Below, in pieces: positions 28,236 to 39,743 of a stretch of 64,000 nucleotides of DNA. Within the stretch, counting starts at the first letter, position 1, and the number at the start of each line of letters is the position of its first letter. Under the pieces are notes generated by a model. The model did no database searches and was not told the DNA's origin. It worked only from the letters and a program-made list of their open reading frames with translations. The DNA is from Selaginella moellendorffii (lineage: Eukaryota > Plantae > Lycopodiophyta), in assembly GCF_000143415.4 (NCBI RefSeq), contig NW_003314306.1, positions 124,001-188,000 of the forward strand, written 5' to 3'. The position numbers and the translations under genes are program-made.

Positions 28236-28833
28236 GTTAGTCGGCACAAATCTGGCGGGACCCAACACGGTTGAGATGTCCCAAACGGACGGCTGCGATT
28301 AGCGGGATTTGTAATTTAAACGCCGACACCTTACCGCACAGAAAGTTCTACCCACCGGCCACATCGTGGCGGAAACCGCCAGGTGCCAGTACCTCCACGT
28401 TGCCCCGCCGTGGTGACCGGTGGCCCCGGGCACCCTCTCTCTGGTGAACGCGGCCAAGGAGAGAAAAGAGAGAATGCCTGGCATTGATCGCGGCCTTCCC
28501 GGTCCTAGGCGCCACCGATCGATTGATCCGCGCAGCAATCCACACATCCCTTTCCTCTGGCGAGCGCGCTCTCCTCCTACTCCTCCCAATTCTCCGCGGC
28601 TGATCGATTGATGCCGCCATTGTGCGCCAGGCATCTGCGAGCGCCGAGATCGATCGCGAAATATCGGGTAAGAGCACAGAATCCGCAAGAATCCAGTGGT
28701 CGTCGAGCACAGTGGCTACCTCGCGATATTTAGGGTTCTTGAATCCGCGAGGAGGACCAAGGATGGAATGCAGGAGGAGCTGGTAAATCATGTGCGCACG
28801 CGGCGATCTCAGCAGCACACGAGGAAGAAGATC

Positions 28834-31134
28834 ATGAAATCCGGCAGCGCCGCCGCCGGTGGTGTCCTCCATCCAGTCCTGCGGAGATCCCTCACCAACG
28901 CCGCCTCCACTCCGCGCAAGAGCAGCGGCAGCAGCAGCCCGGAGCGCGGCGGCGGCGGCGGCGTTCTCATCGGCCCGGGGCCGCTCATCCGCCTCTGCCT
29001 CCACGCCGTGGCCTGCATTGCCAGCCTCGTCATCGGCTTTCGATTCTCGCGCGAGACGCTGCTGGTGCTCGTCATCAAGCAGCCCGGGCTCGCGATTCTC
29101 AAGGCGCCACAGCAGCATCTCCAGCAGCAGCCCCGCGAGCTCATCGACGTGGGGATTAAATTCCCATATGTGGAGCCCGGCCTTGGAGTCCGAGATGGAG
29201 TCCAAGATGGCGGAGGTCGGCTACCCGAGGTGAGGACCAAGAGCGGCCGCGTTCACGTTGGTCGCCACGAGATTCTCATCCGGCCATGGCCACACCCCGA
29301 CTCCGCGGAGATTTACCGAGCCCACGCGCTGCTGGAGAGGGTCCAGGTGGAGCAGCAGAGCTTGTATGGGCCCAAGGAGAGGAAGACGGTGATAGCGATC
29401 ACACCAACTTTCGCCAGGACTTTCCAGGCGATCCATCTCTTGGGTGTCATGCACACGCTGCGAGCGGCTCCTGGGCCGGTGATCTGGATTGTTGTCGAGG
29501 CTGGCGGGCGATCGAACGAGACGGCTTCTATTCTCGCTTCCTCGAGGCTGGAGTTTGTGCACCTGGGGGTGAAGGACGCGATGCCTGTGGCTTGGGAGCA
29601 GCGGCGGAGAATGGAGACGAGGCTCCGGATCGAAGGATTGAGGTACTTTTTCTCTCCACCTTTTTTTTTCTTTCGTAAGCATTTTTTTCTTTGCCTCATT
29701 TTCATCTTCTTCTTCTTCATGTGCATTATTCGTCTTTGTGCTGAGGTTTACGTGACAATTTTTGTTGTTCTTGCTCTGCTCGAGACAAATTCCTTCTTCA
29801 TGTGCATTGATCTTTGAGTAAGTCGTTCGTGTTCGTGCTTGAATTTCTCGAGAGTTCTTCCATGTGCATTAAGTTTTTATTTTTATTGTCTTGTCCCACA
29901 ACTGCTGAGAATGAAATGCTTCCTGCTTGGCGTAAGTGACAAGCAACAGTGAGCCCGAGTGGGTATAATGCAGCCGTGAGTCGTTGCTGTTGCTTCAAGG
30001 TCGTAGGTCATTGATTGATCGACACAGAACGATTATTTGGTGCACTGGAGTGCTTTTCCACGTGAGTTTGTGTGTCATTTTCCCCGAACATCCATCCGAT
30101 CATTCTTAAGCACTGCTGACTAAACAGATCCTAACACTCTTTTCACTCGGCTTGCTTTTTGTTTCCTTTCCCGCAGTCACGTGAGACGCGAGAAGCTCGA
30201 CGGCCTGATCCTGTTCGCCGACGACAGTAACGTGCACAGCCTCCAGCTCTTTGACGAAATCCAAAAGGTGAAATGGATCGGAGCTTTGTCAGTTGGACTT
30301 TTAGAAACCGGGTCAGGAGCAACGGAGACGGCGAGCTCGATGGTAGCAGCAGCATCATCCGCAAAACCGAGATTGCCAGTCCAAGGCCCGGCTTGCAACG
30401 AAACATGTCACGTAGTTGGCTGGCACGTACTCCGGCCGTCTCCAGTCGATGGAGAGGACGACTCCTCCTCGTCCTCGTTCACGGACGTTGCCGGGGGCCT
30501 GACGGACGTGGCAACGCACCTCGAGTGGTCGGGCTTTGTCATCAACTCGAGAGCAGTGTGGGACGAGGCTGAGAGCGAGAACGAGGAGGAAGAAGCATCA
30601 TCATCAACGATGGAAGACGAGCAACAAGAAGAAGACGCAACAAGGAGGAAGCCCGAGTGGATCAACGAGTGGAAGGAATGGATAAGCGAGGACAGTGGAA
30701 GCCCGCTGAGGCTAGCGAAGGACCAGGGATTCATCGAGGCTCTCGGCAACTGCGGGCGAGAGGTGATGCTGTGGTGGATCCGGGTGGAAGCCCGAGCCGA
30801 TAGCCGATATCCTCCCAGGCAAGTTGCTCTATGCCCGACTCGGGGATACCATATATACCAGCTAACGCGTTTACCACACAGGTGGTCTTTAACTTCGCCA
30901 CTGGAGATCACTGTCCCGGCACAGCGCACGCCATGGCCCGAGTTTGTGGAGACTGAATCCACAGGAGGCGCGGGATCGGCGAGCCGGAAGATGGATCCGT
31001 CAGAGAAGCGTGCTCGATCCAAGGCTGCGCGTCGAGCCAAGAGACAAAGAGACTCCAAAGTAGGAGTCGATGGTGATGGTGGTGGTGGTGGCGGTGGCGG
31101 CAGTGGTGGCGGCGGTCATCAGAAACTTTCATAA
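28834..31134 (+). CDS. IRX14: Glycosyltransferase family 43, IRX14-like xylan backbone synthesis protein
   Basis: TM segment LHAVACIASLVIGFRFS, VGRHEILIRPWPHPD, ITPTFARTFQAIHL, FADDSN, PVQGPACN, LEWSGFVINSR, WWIRVEARADSRYP. Exons 28834-29642, 30177-30818, 30882-31134. Alternative in-frame ATG at 28768. Confidence 0.92.
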
Positions 31135-32171
31135 AGTAATAAAAAACGAGGTACCGTGTCTCTTTCTCTCTCACATTCTTTTGTACTATCGCGTAATAAG
31201 CGGAGACCGCCACCAAGGTTTTGCTTTTCTTCTCTTTTTTTGTCTTTTGTTTTGTTTTGTTCTTCCAGTCATCTTCCAGTCAGTGTATATAAAAGAAAAA
31301 TCTTAGAAATCTCTGTTCTTCCACCAGCTGGAGAAGCTAGCTATCTTCTTTTACAAAAACGCTTTGATTCTCTCTATAATCTTCCACCAGCTGGAGAGAG
31401 AACACAGGGACACACACATCTCCTCTCTTTGGAGTTTTCCTCCTTGTTTTGTTCTTCCGTCAGCAGCTAGAGATAGATAGAGCGATGATCGTCGGTAGAT
31501 CCTTCAAGATGGAAAAGAAAACCGGCAATCTCTGTTCTTCCATCGATCGATTAACTCGGAATGGTTGTCTTGTCTCATCTCGTTCTCGCTGGAGCTGCCA
31601 AGTGATTTCCCAGTCTCTCTCCTTCCTCCATACCAAACGACAAGACTAGTACCGCCGAGCCATCCCCACTTTCCTCTCAATTCCTCCATCTTTCTTTCCC
31701 TCGAGGGATCTAAAAACCATCTCACTCTTTGTCAATTCTCTCCTCTCATTCCTCCTCTCTCTTCCCCAAATCCAAACAATCACGCCTCCTCTTTCTTTCC
31801 TCCCAAGATCCAAAACCATCACTCTCCCTGTCTCCCTCTGGCCTGCTACTAAATGCCGGGAATCGCTACGCGCATTAAGTCTCTAAAAGTTGACCCACCT
31901 CCTCTTTCGTTTTGAGGCGCCACTGCTTTTGCCGCTTGCCAGTCCCCTTCTTCATCCACTTGCCACCTTTAGAAAACCCAATCCAAACACACGATTAATC
32001 ACCAAAACCGGGAAAAGGCTCGACAAAGCTCTTACCACCACAAAACAAGTCATCGCCGCCCTCTACATTTACACTCTCGCGGTGGAGAGAATATAAACGA
32101 TGGCCGCTTTTGCCGCCTCTCATCCTGTTAAAAACACGTACACAGCTCCCAGAGTATACTCATACCGGAAG

Positions 32172-34566
32172 CTACGAATCCTGCGTGTCGGCCAGGATCG
32201 TCAGCCTCCTCACCGACTTCACAAAATTCCTGCGTCGGACCAAAAGCCACGAGGCACAGATGAGCACAAGCTATGAAAAATGGAAAGCATCCAAAGCTTA
32301 CGCGTAAGGCTCGCCGCCAGTGTGAATCGTGGATCCCTCCGAGTCCTTGTAGACAACACGGCCGGAGATCTTCGCCACGTCGACGCAAAACACCGCGGCC
32401 AGCTGCTTGTAGAGCTCGTCGTAGGAGCCAAACGACGACAAGTCGAGCGTCCGCTTAACGTCCCCGCTCTCCATAAACACCCTGCACTGCGATGATTCCT
32501 CGTCGCTGCTGCTGCCTTCGAGCCTGTCCTTCTTCTCCGACGATAAAACGCTGGCTTGCTTCTTTAACCACTTCGAGCCGCCAACGTCACCCCCGTGCCC
32601 AGAGTCCCCGTTCTCGTGCAGAAGAACGTTTTGCTGGACAGCGTCGTTATGGCTATCCCCCGACGAGCTCGCGCTGGGCTGCTGAGAAGGCACGTTGTGC
32701 CTAGACGTTGCCTCGGAGGAGCTCCCAGCCGAGTTTTGCTGCTCTTGCACTCTCGCCGTCTCGATCTTCTTCCCAAATAGCAAAAATGTCCCCTGCTTGT
32801 TGCAGGAGCTCTCTGTGCAGCTGACACCCGAATCGTTCTGAGAGCCGTTGCATAGCACCGTTGTTACAAGAGTCCGCTGCTCTCCACCACCGCTACCTCC
32901 TTGCGGAAACACGTTGCCTAGTCTAAGATCTGTAGCACCATAACCCAGCGTGGCTGCAACAGGGATGTCCTGGGCTTGGTACCTGTTCTCCAACAAGCCA
33001 GAGTGAATTCGATTCGGCTGACACTCCGAGAATGTGAGCCCGTAAAGCCTCTCATGCCTGGCTCCCTGCATGCCTGCAGGAACATCATCTGAAAGACCAT
33101 GCCAAGGATTTGCCTGCCCCAAGACACCGTTGGCAAATGTTGTCGTCGGCAATCCCGAAAAGCTTTGACCCTCGGGTGCGGGGGTCTGCCGAAACCTCTT
33201 CCGCGGCAGTGAAAACGGTGGAAGCTGCATGGGCAGAGTTGACACCAGCTCCACTTGCCACGGGCTTACACGACTCACGCCTTGCAGAAGATCAGGCTCG
33301 TCCCAAGCCACCTGTATCATCCGGATGAAGTTAAAATCGATAACGAAACAAAAACAAAAAAAGACTGAACAGTACCTGAAGTACACGCCACGGCGAGCTC
33401 GGCCAGAGTATTGGATCCGCGGCTTGAACAGCAGATATAGTCCCCATGAACCAGCTGATTCGTGAAGAGTCTTCGGTCTCAAACGCCATCTTGAACCTCA
33501 TTCCAGCGTACCATCCGTGACTCAGAGCCGCCCTCACAGTTTGAGCCCGGACACAAAACTCCGCCGTGCTAGCTCTCGGATAGTAGACAACCTCGAACGC
33601 CTTGCCGGATGCCGCAAGCGTGGCCGCGTCCAGGACCGACTTAGCTGTGACTTTGGCCCGGTTCCGAGTAAAACTTCCACCACCATTACCAGCACCACCG
33701 CCAGCAGATCTCGAGGATCCATTCTCTCTCATCAGAGTCCCGTCCGAGAGACCAGTGTCCATCGGTGGCCGCAATTCCCAGCGAGAACTCGAGCGGCTGC
33801 TGGCCGAGTGCCACAGCAAAGCATCCGCATTTCCGCTGCCGCCACCCCTCATCGAGCGACGAACACCCACGCAGAGCTCCCCGGAATTGGATCGTAGAAA
33901 GACAATCGCGTCCCCGGCAACAAGCTTCTTGTGGTTGACGAAAGTACTCCACCCAGTGGTGAGGAGATGGCGTCGAGGAGTACCCCTGTAAATGTGCCGG
34001 AACTTCCACACCTCGCCATGGACGTCCTTGGCGAGCACGGTCTGGACAGGGGGATCCACCGAGTAGTCTAGTCGGGGAAAGATCGTCTCGGCACAGTAGC
34101 GGGGGACCGAGAAGCCGCCGCCGTTGTTGGCATCGCTCTGGGTGAGAGTCTTGGCGAAAGAAGCCGGCTTCTCTGGCGATGGCGATGGCGCTGCTGCTCG
34201 ATCGTTGTCCTCGTCGCTGCCGCTCTCGGGATGTAGTCTCAAGCTCGCGAACACCTCGTCCGTCTCCTTGTCCGCCAAGAACTTGACCGAGAGAACCCGG
34301 CATGGAACCGTGCCGGCGGGGCCGAGCGCGCGAGGAAAATCTGGCGACGACGCCGCTTGCTCGGCGTGGCCTTGCGGAAAATAGATGATCTTGGAGCCGA
34401 CGGTCGGGAGCTGGACCATGCTTCCGGCGCACGCCTGCCATAGCTGCTGATCCAGATGCTTCTCCTCTCCACCTTCTCGGATTTCTTCACGATCTCGTGT
34501 TCCTCGACCTTTCCCCAGATCGCTGGCATCCCGGCTGCTCATCGGCCCCGGGCTCTGTCCCGGCAT
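32172..34566 (-). CDS. Auxin response factor, class C (ARF10/16/17-like)
   Basis: LWQACAG, B3 domain FAKTLTQSDANNGGGFSVPRYCAETIFP, FRHIYRGTPRRHLLTTGWS, AGMQGARH, PB1 domain CRVFMESGDVKRTLDLS. Exons 34566-33376, 33311-32302, 32229-32172. Confidence 0.95.
33055..33075 (-). promoter_or_regulatory. miR160 target site in the ARF mRNA
   Basis: Plus strand reads TGCCTGGCTCCCTGCATGCCT, 19/21 identical to miR160 (UGCCUGGCUCCCUGUAUGCCA). Confidence 0.93.
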
Positions 34567-35653
34567 TCTACCGCCGGGAGACCGGAATGCTGCGGTAGGG
34601 CTCCAAATATTGCCGGAGATCGCCACAATCGCCAAATTCCCCTCGATCGCAGCCTGCACGCCGGAAATTCCTCAGTGAAATCTCGCGATTCCAATGCCGC
34701 TGGAAAGAAGCGCGCAAGAACAAGAAGGAGAATCCCCTTTACCGGTAATGCAGCTGCCGCCTTGGTCGCGGGGAGCTCCGCTTGGCGCCAACGCTCGCGC
34801 CTCGCTCAAACCCTAAAATCCCACCAAGAGCCAGCCCGCCGGCTCCATAGCCACGAACACTCTGACAAAGAAAGAAAGAAAGGGGGAAGGAGCTTGCAGT
34901 GTTAGAGGAAGGGGAGGTGTACCGGCGCCACCGGTTGCCGTGCGTGGCGACCGGCTGGTGGCGGTGGCTAAGCGGTCTGGTCCGAATGTCCAACAAAAGT
35001 AGGACGAGGACGAATATGCCGATCGCTGATGCTAATTATAATTGCACGACAAGTATCTCTGTGCATCGCATTAGTCTAAGTGCCTCTTAATTTAATCGCG
35101 ATTCGCGAGATAAGAAGAGAGAGGCGCATCACAAGTGCGCGCTTAGCTTTGCCCGCTTTGTTGGCTTGTTCTTTTTTTGCTTTGCGTTTGCATGGCTCCA
35201 CCACCTTTCTTTTACTCGCGAACATTGATACTTATGTCGTGTTGGACCTCACCTATGGCATGATTTGTTGCGGCTCCAGTCTGGGAATATAGAGCTTTTT
35301 TACAATTTTTATATGGTGTGTGTTGTGACAATGATCCTTGCCAAGAGATTTTTATATAATACTGTGGATAAACCTTGGATTACTCAAATCAAACACAGTT
35401 CCAGCCCAATCCCATCCAAGCTTTGCTTCTTTTGATAAAGTGGTCTGTGTTTGTGGGTGTGTGCCCGTCCATCCATCGTCCCGGGAAGTGTGCGACGATG
35501 TTGACACACTAAACAAACGCAAAGATTCGATGATTGACCGGTTAAAGTTACAAAGTCAAAACTCGAGGTAAGAAAAAAATGGCGGTGAAAGTAAAGAACA
35601 TATATTCTTCTTGATAACAATAGTTATCTCCTCGTATTCTAGGGACCTGGTTT

Positions 35654-35727
35654 CACGTGCGACACGTGGCACAATGTGGAGCGGCCAAGGCGTCACACGT
35701 GGACCCATGGGATCGCGCCGACACGTG
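35654..35727. promoter_or_regulatory. Cluster of four G-box/ABRE motifs
   Basis: CACGTG at 35654, 35663, 35696 and 35722; two in ACACGTGGC context. Confidence 0.55.
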
Positions 35728-35978
35728 GCGAAAATGCGACACTGTGTCCGCCGGTTTTTGGGACACACAAAGAAAGAAAATGCGCCATTGGAATTGATTG
35801 GCGCTTCTAAAAGCTTCCACTGTGAAAGTTCTTGGAGAGGACGAGGAGGACTAAATAGTAGGAGCCCTAATTTCTGGGCGCGAGCAAAAATATTTCGAGC
35901 GATTAGAAAGGGCGATCGATCGATCGGGGCGCGCGATTCGCGATCGTATGAGCGTGATCGATTGCGGCGTGGCGAGGG

Positions 35979-37353
35979 ATGATCACGGTGATGCATGATT
36001 TTGTGGCAATGCTCGTCAACGGGGCGGGTGATGTTTCCAGCAGCGCCAGGTCGTGGAGCGCGGCGGGGGCGCTGCTCGTCCTCCTCTGGATTGCGCTGGC
36101 GACGCTGCTGCCGCCGATCCTGAGGAGGATTGAGAGCGATTCGTCGGCGCGGCAGGATGGGAGGAGCGACCGGCTCCAGCGCAATCTGGATTGGGCGACG
36201 GAGCGTAGGAAGATTTTTGCCGACTATGAGAAAGTGAGGAGGAGCTTGAATATCGCTGTAAGTTTCCTTTCTTTATTCTTTCTCCTTGGTTCACGATTGG
36301 AGCTTTGGCCAGGGACCCTCCACGGGAGTAGTGGCAACAGAAGTAAGTGGAAATTTGTTCTAGATTCTCGTCCGTGGCCACGATTTCTCATAGTCAACGT
36401 TTGTGTTCTTCAGGAGTTTAAGGTGAATTCTCGAGGTGTTGAGCTTTTTACAAAGAGCTGGTTGCCGGAATCTGGCCAACCCAAGGGACTGATCTTCTAT
36501 TGCCATGGATACGGTGATACTATCTCTTTCTTCTTCGAAGGTATGTTTGATCGATTTAGTCGCGAAGACTCATGAGAAGCTCATTGGTCATTGTAGGAAT
36601 TGCGAGAAGGCTCGCTCGAGCTCAATACGCGGTGTTTGGAATGGACTACGAGGGATTCGGTCTCTCGTCTGGCCTACACGGCTACATCGAAAGCTTTGAT
36701 GTTCTCGTTGATGATGTAATCGAGCATTACTCGTCCATCCGAGGTAGGAGCTTCTTTTCTCGAAGCTTTTTGTGGTCTACTTGGTAGCCAAGGCTTTTCT
36801 AGATTTTGACTCTTGTTCACATGGCAGAACGAAAGGAGTTCACAGGACTTCCATGCTTTTTGTTTGGTGAATCCATGGGAGGAGCCATAGCCATCAAAGC
36901 ACATCTCAAGCAGCCGAAAGTCTGGGATGGAGCAGTCCTGGTCGCTCCAATGTGCAAGGCAAGTCAACATGTTTGTTCTTCTCGTTGTAGTAACAGCTTT
37001 CGACTTGACGTCCAAGTTTTCTCCTCGCAGATTGCGGACGACATGTATCCTCCGTGGATTCTGGTGCAGATTTTAAAGGCTCTCGTTCCGGTTTTCCCGA
37101 AGTCAAAGCTACTGCCCACGCGAGACCTTGCTGCCTATGCCTTCAAAGACCCGGAGAAACGCAAGAAGGTACTCCTATTTTCACGTCTTTGAATCTTACT
37201 TTGTGACCTTGGAAAAAAAAAACATCACAGGCATACTACAACGTCGTTGGCTACGTCGATAGGCCGCGCCTTAGAACAGCTTGGGAGTTGCTTGTGACGA
37301 CACAGGAGATCGAATCGAGCATGAGACAAGTAAGCTTACAATTGCGATATCGC

Positions 37354-37403
<50 letters not shown>

Positions 37404-37675
37404 GGCCAAGATCATTGATTAACAGGCTTCGTGTCGATTTCTTCCGTGAATGGCAGGTGTCTCTACCGCTGCTCATATTGCACGGTGGTGCCGACAAAGT
37501 CACGGATCCATCGGTGAGCAAAGCTTTGTATGACAACGCTAGCAGCACGGACAAGAGGCTCTATCTCTACGAGGGGGTCTATCACGGCATTTTGGAAGGC
37601 GAGCCCGACGATACCATCGACAGAGTTTTGGCGGATATTTGCTCGTGGCTTGATCTCCACTCCAAACAAAACTAA
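35979..37675 (+). CDS. Alpha/beta-hydrolase, monoacylglycerol lipase / caffeoyl shikimate esterase family
   Basis: N-terminal TM, NSRGVELFTKSWLP, CHGYG, GFGLSSGLHGYI, nucleophile GESMGG, HGGADKVTDP, YHGILEGE. Multi-exon; start ATG uncertain (35979/35991/36009). Confidence 0.9.
37353..37401. repeat. (CT)n microsatellite in a hydrolase intron
   Basis: About 48 bp CT run. Confidence 0.95.
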
Positions 37676-37844
37676 TGCAAAGAATTGATCTTGTCAATAC
37701 AAACATCTTTGATACATTTTGATCTTGTGGTACATTCTTTCTTCTTTTTTTCTTTTTTCTTTTTGCATGTTTTAAATCCTGTTGCGTGGTATGAGATTGC
37801 GCTAAAGTACTTGTATTTCGACTCCACCACCACCTCAAACACTA

Positions 37845-38240
37845 CTTGAGAGTGTTGAGGTATGGCAATGGTTCCAGATCGGGATTGCGAAGGAAGATCT
37901 CGAATCGCTCCATATCTATCTCTCCGTGATCGTTGATCAAGAAGACCCTCACTAAAAGTCTTGTTGTAAACCTCCAGCTAACGGATCCCTCCCTTTCAAA
38001 TGTCGAGGAAACTATTCCCAAGGAGGAAGCAAAGGAAAACAAAGTCCCTCATCGCGAAGATCAGTCCCTTGGACCATGCTTCTCTCATCTCCCTCTGGAA
38101 GTCCTCCACGTTAGCCATCTTTCCGTTTGCCTGAGAACGTTGATCTTCTTTGAGGCCACACTTTCCAACGCCAGCATGCCTAAATCTGCGTCGCGACCAA
38201 CGATCCACAGTGGTAGTCTCACTTGTCAAAGCCCATGGTC
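37845..38240 (-). pseudogene. XRN 5'-3' exoribonuclease fragment
   Basis: Across shifting frames: GFDK*DYHC / IVGRDADLGMLAL / RDFVFLCFLLGNSFL / FLINDHGEIDMERFEIFL, in the order of XRN motifs HCLYGLDADLIMLAL, DDFVFMCFFVGNDFL and GYLT..GEINL. Confidence 0.7.
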
Positions 38241-39743
38241 CTCCGTCCCAATCCTCGTTGGTTCGCGAGAGAATCCAGGTTTTATGAGTATACCAACTTA
38301 TATCTATATCTCACTGACACTTCATTGGTCTTTGAATGGTATTGGAGACCATCATAAGTAGTTAAAATGACTTATATTTTCTTACCATCAATAACTACTT
38401 TATTCAGATTAATTTTAGTTTCAAAATTTTCATTTAAAAAAGACAAATTTTCGAAAATAAAAATATATTTTAAGTTTAAATTATCATTTTAATAAAAATG
38501 AGTATTTTTTGTATTCATTTGAGTTATTAAAGAATGTGCTTGAAAGTTAAAATTATATAAAATATTTTTAATACTGATTTTGAAATATAAATCATTTCAC
38601 AATGATAAATAAAAATTATATAACATTTCATTTTTTGCACAAATACATCTAGAATAAATCTCTAAGAAAACTATAAAAACCTTTAAGTATATCTAGAAAG
38701 AACTTTTACATATCTATAACTTATGTTATAGATATGTAACTATATGTATAACTTAAATCACTTCATACAAATTCTTTATTATAATACTTTTTACAAATTA
38801 CTCTGCAATTTGTTGCAGTGCAACTTAAATAGATAAACCACTATTAATAGTTGAATATAAAGCTCTACTAATTCCCATTGAAGAAATATAGGTTTGAAAT
38901 TACAATATTTCTTGACAAAGAATGTCAAAATAATATTAATTATATTTTTATATACATTTTTTCCAATATGGTATAAAAAAATATTTTATTTAGCATATTT
39001 AATTTTTCAACATAACAATGCCAACACTTTTATTTTTATTTTTAAATTTAATACTTTAAAGTAATAAAATTTATCTTATTTTATAATTATGTTATGAATA
39101 TTAAAAATTAGGTATTAAAAATTAAAATTTATATTAAATGAAACTAAAATATTTGTTCTAACACCAATAAAAATATTAATAAAATTTATATTAAAATAAG
39201 TATACAAAATATATGGTTTATATGTTAAATGGTATATAAATGGTATATATGTTAAAAAACCTTCTTTCTTATGTAAAAAGAATAAAGACTTGTGGTTAAA
39301 AAAAATAGAGATTCAATCAAAATTGTTTTGGTTTGGCAATGTAAAATACAAATCACCTTTGTCTAAATATTATTATTTTACTTTTGTTAAAATCTAAGGC
39401 ATTTGAAAATCAAATCTAAACTATTTGACTAAAGTCTAAATTGGGAAACTAATAAAAATGAATTTTTGTTTTAAAATAAAAATTAAATAAAATGACTAAG
39501 AGCTTTAGGGAACTAAAGACAAAATGCATGTTTTTTTATGAGATTTTTTATTGTAATATATGTATTTATTTAATTATTAATTGCCTCTTCTCAAATTTTT
39601 TATATAAAATAATTTTAATAGAAACATTTATCAATCAAAGCTTCTATATATAATCAATATAAATTCATATGAAAAGTAAATAATGAATCTCAACATCCAA
39701 TCTTTAACAATATAAATACAGATTGAAATAAACTTAGTTTTTC

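Noticed and set aside
28348-29205. 285-aa minus-strand ORF and similar overlapping ORFs across LBD, ARF and PPR
   Set aside because: Stop-poor antisense or alternative frames of GC-rich genes.
38360-39740. Extremely AT-rich 1.4-kb block
   Set aside because: No termini, ORFs or repeats could be supported; probably decayed TE sequence.
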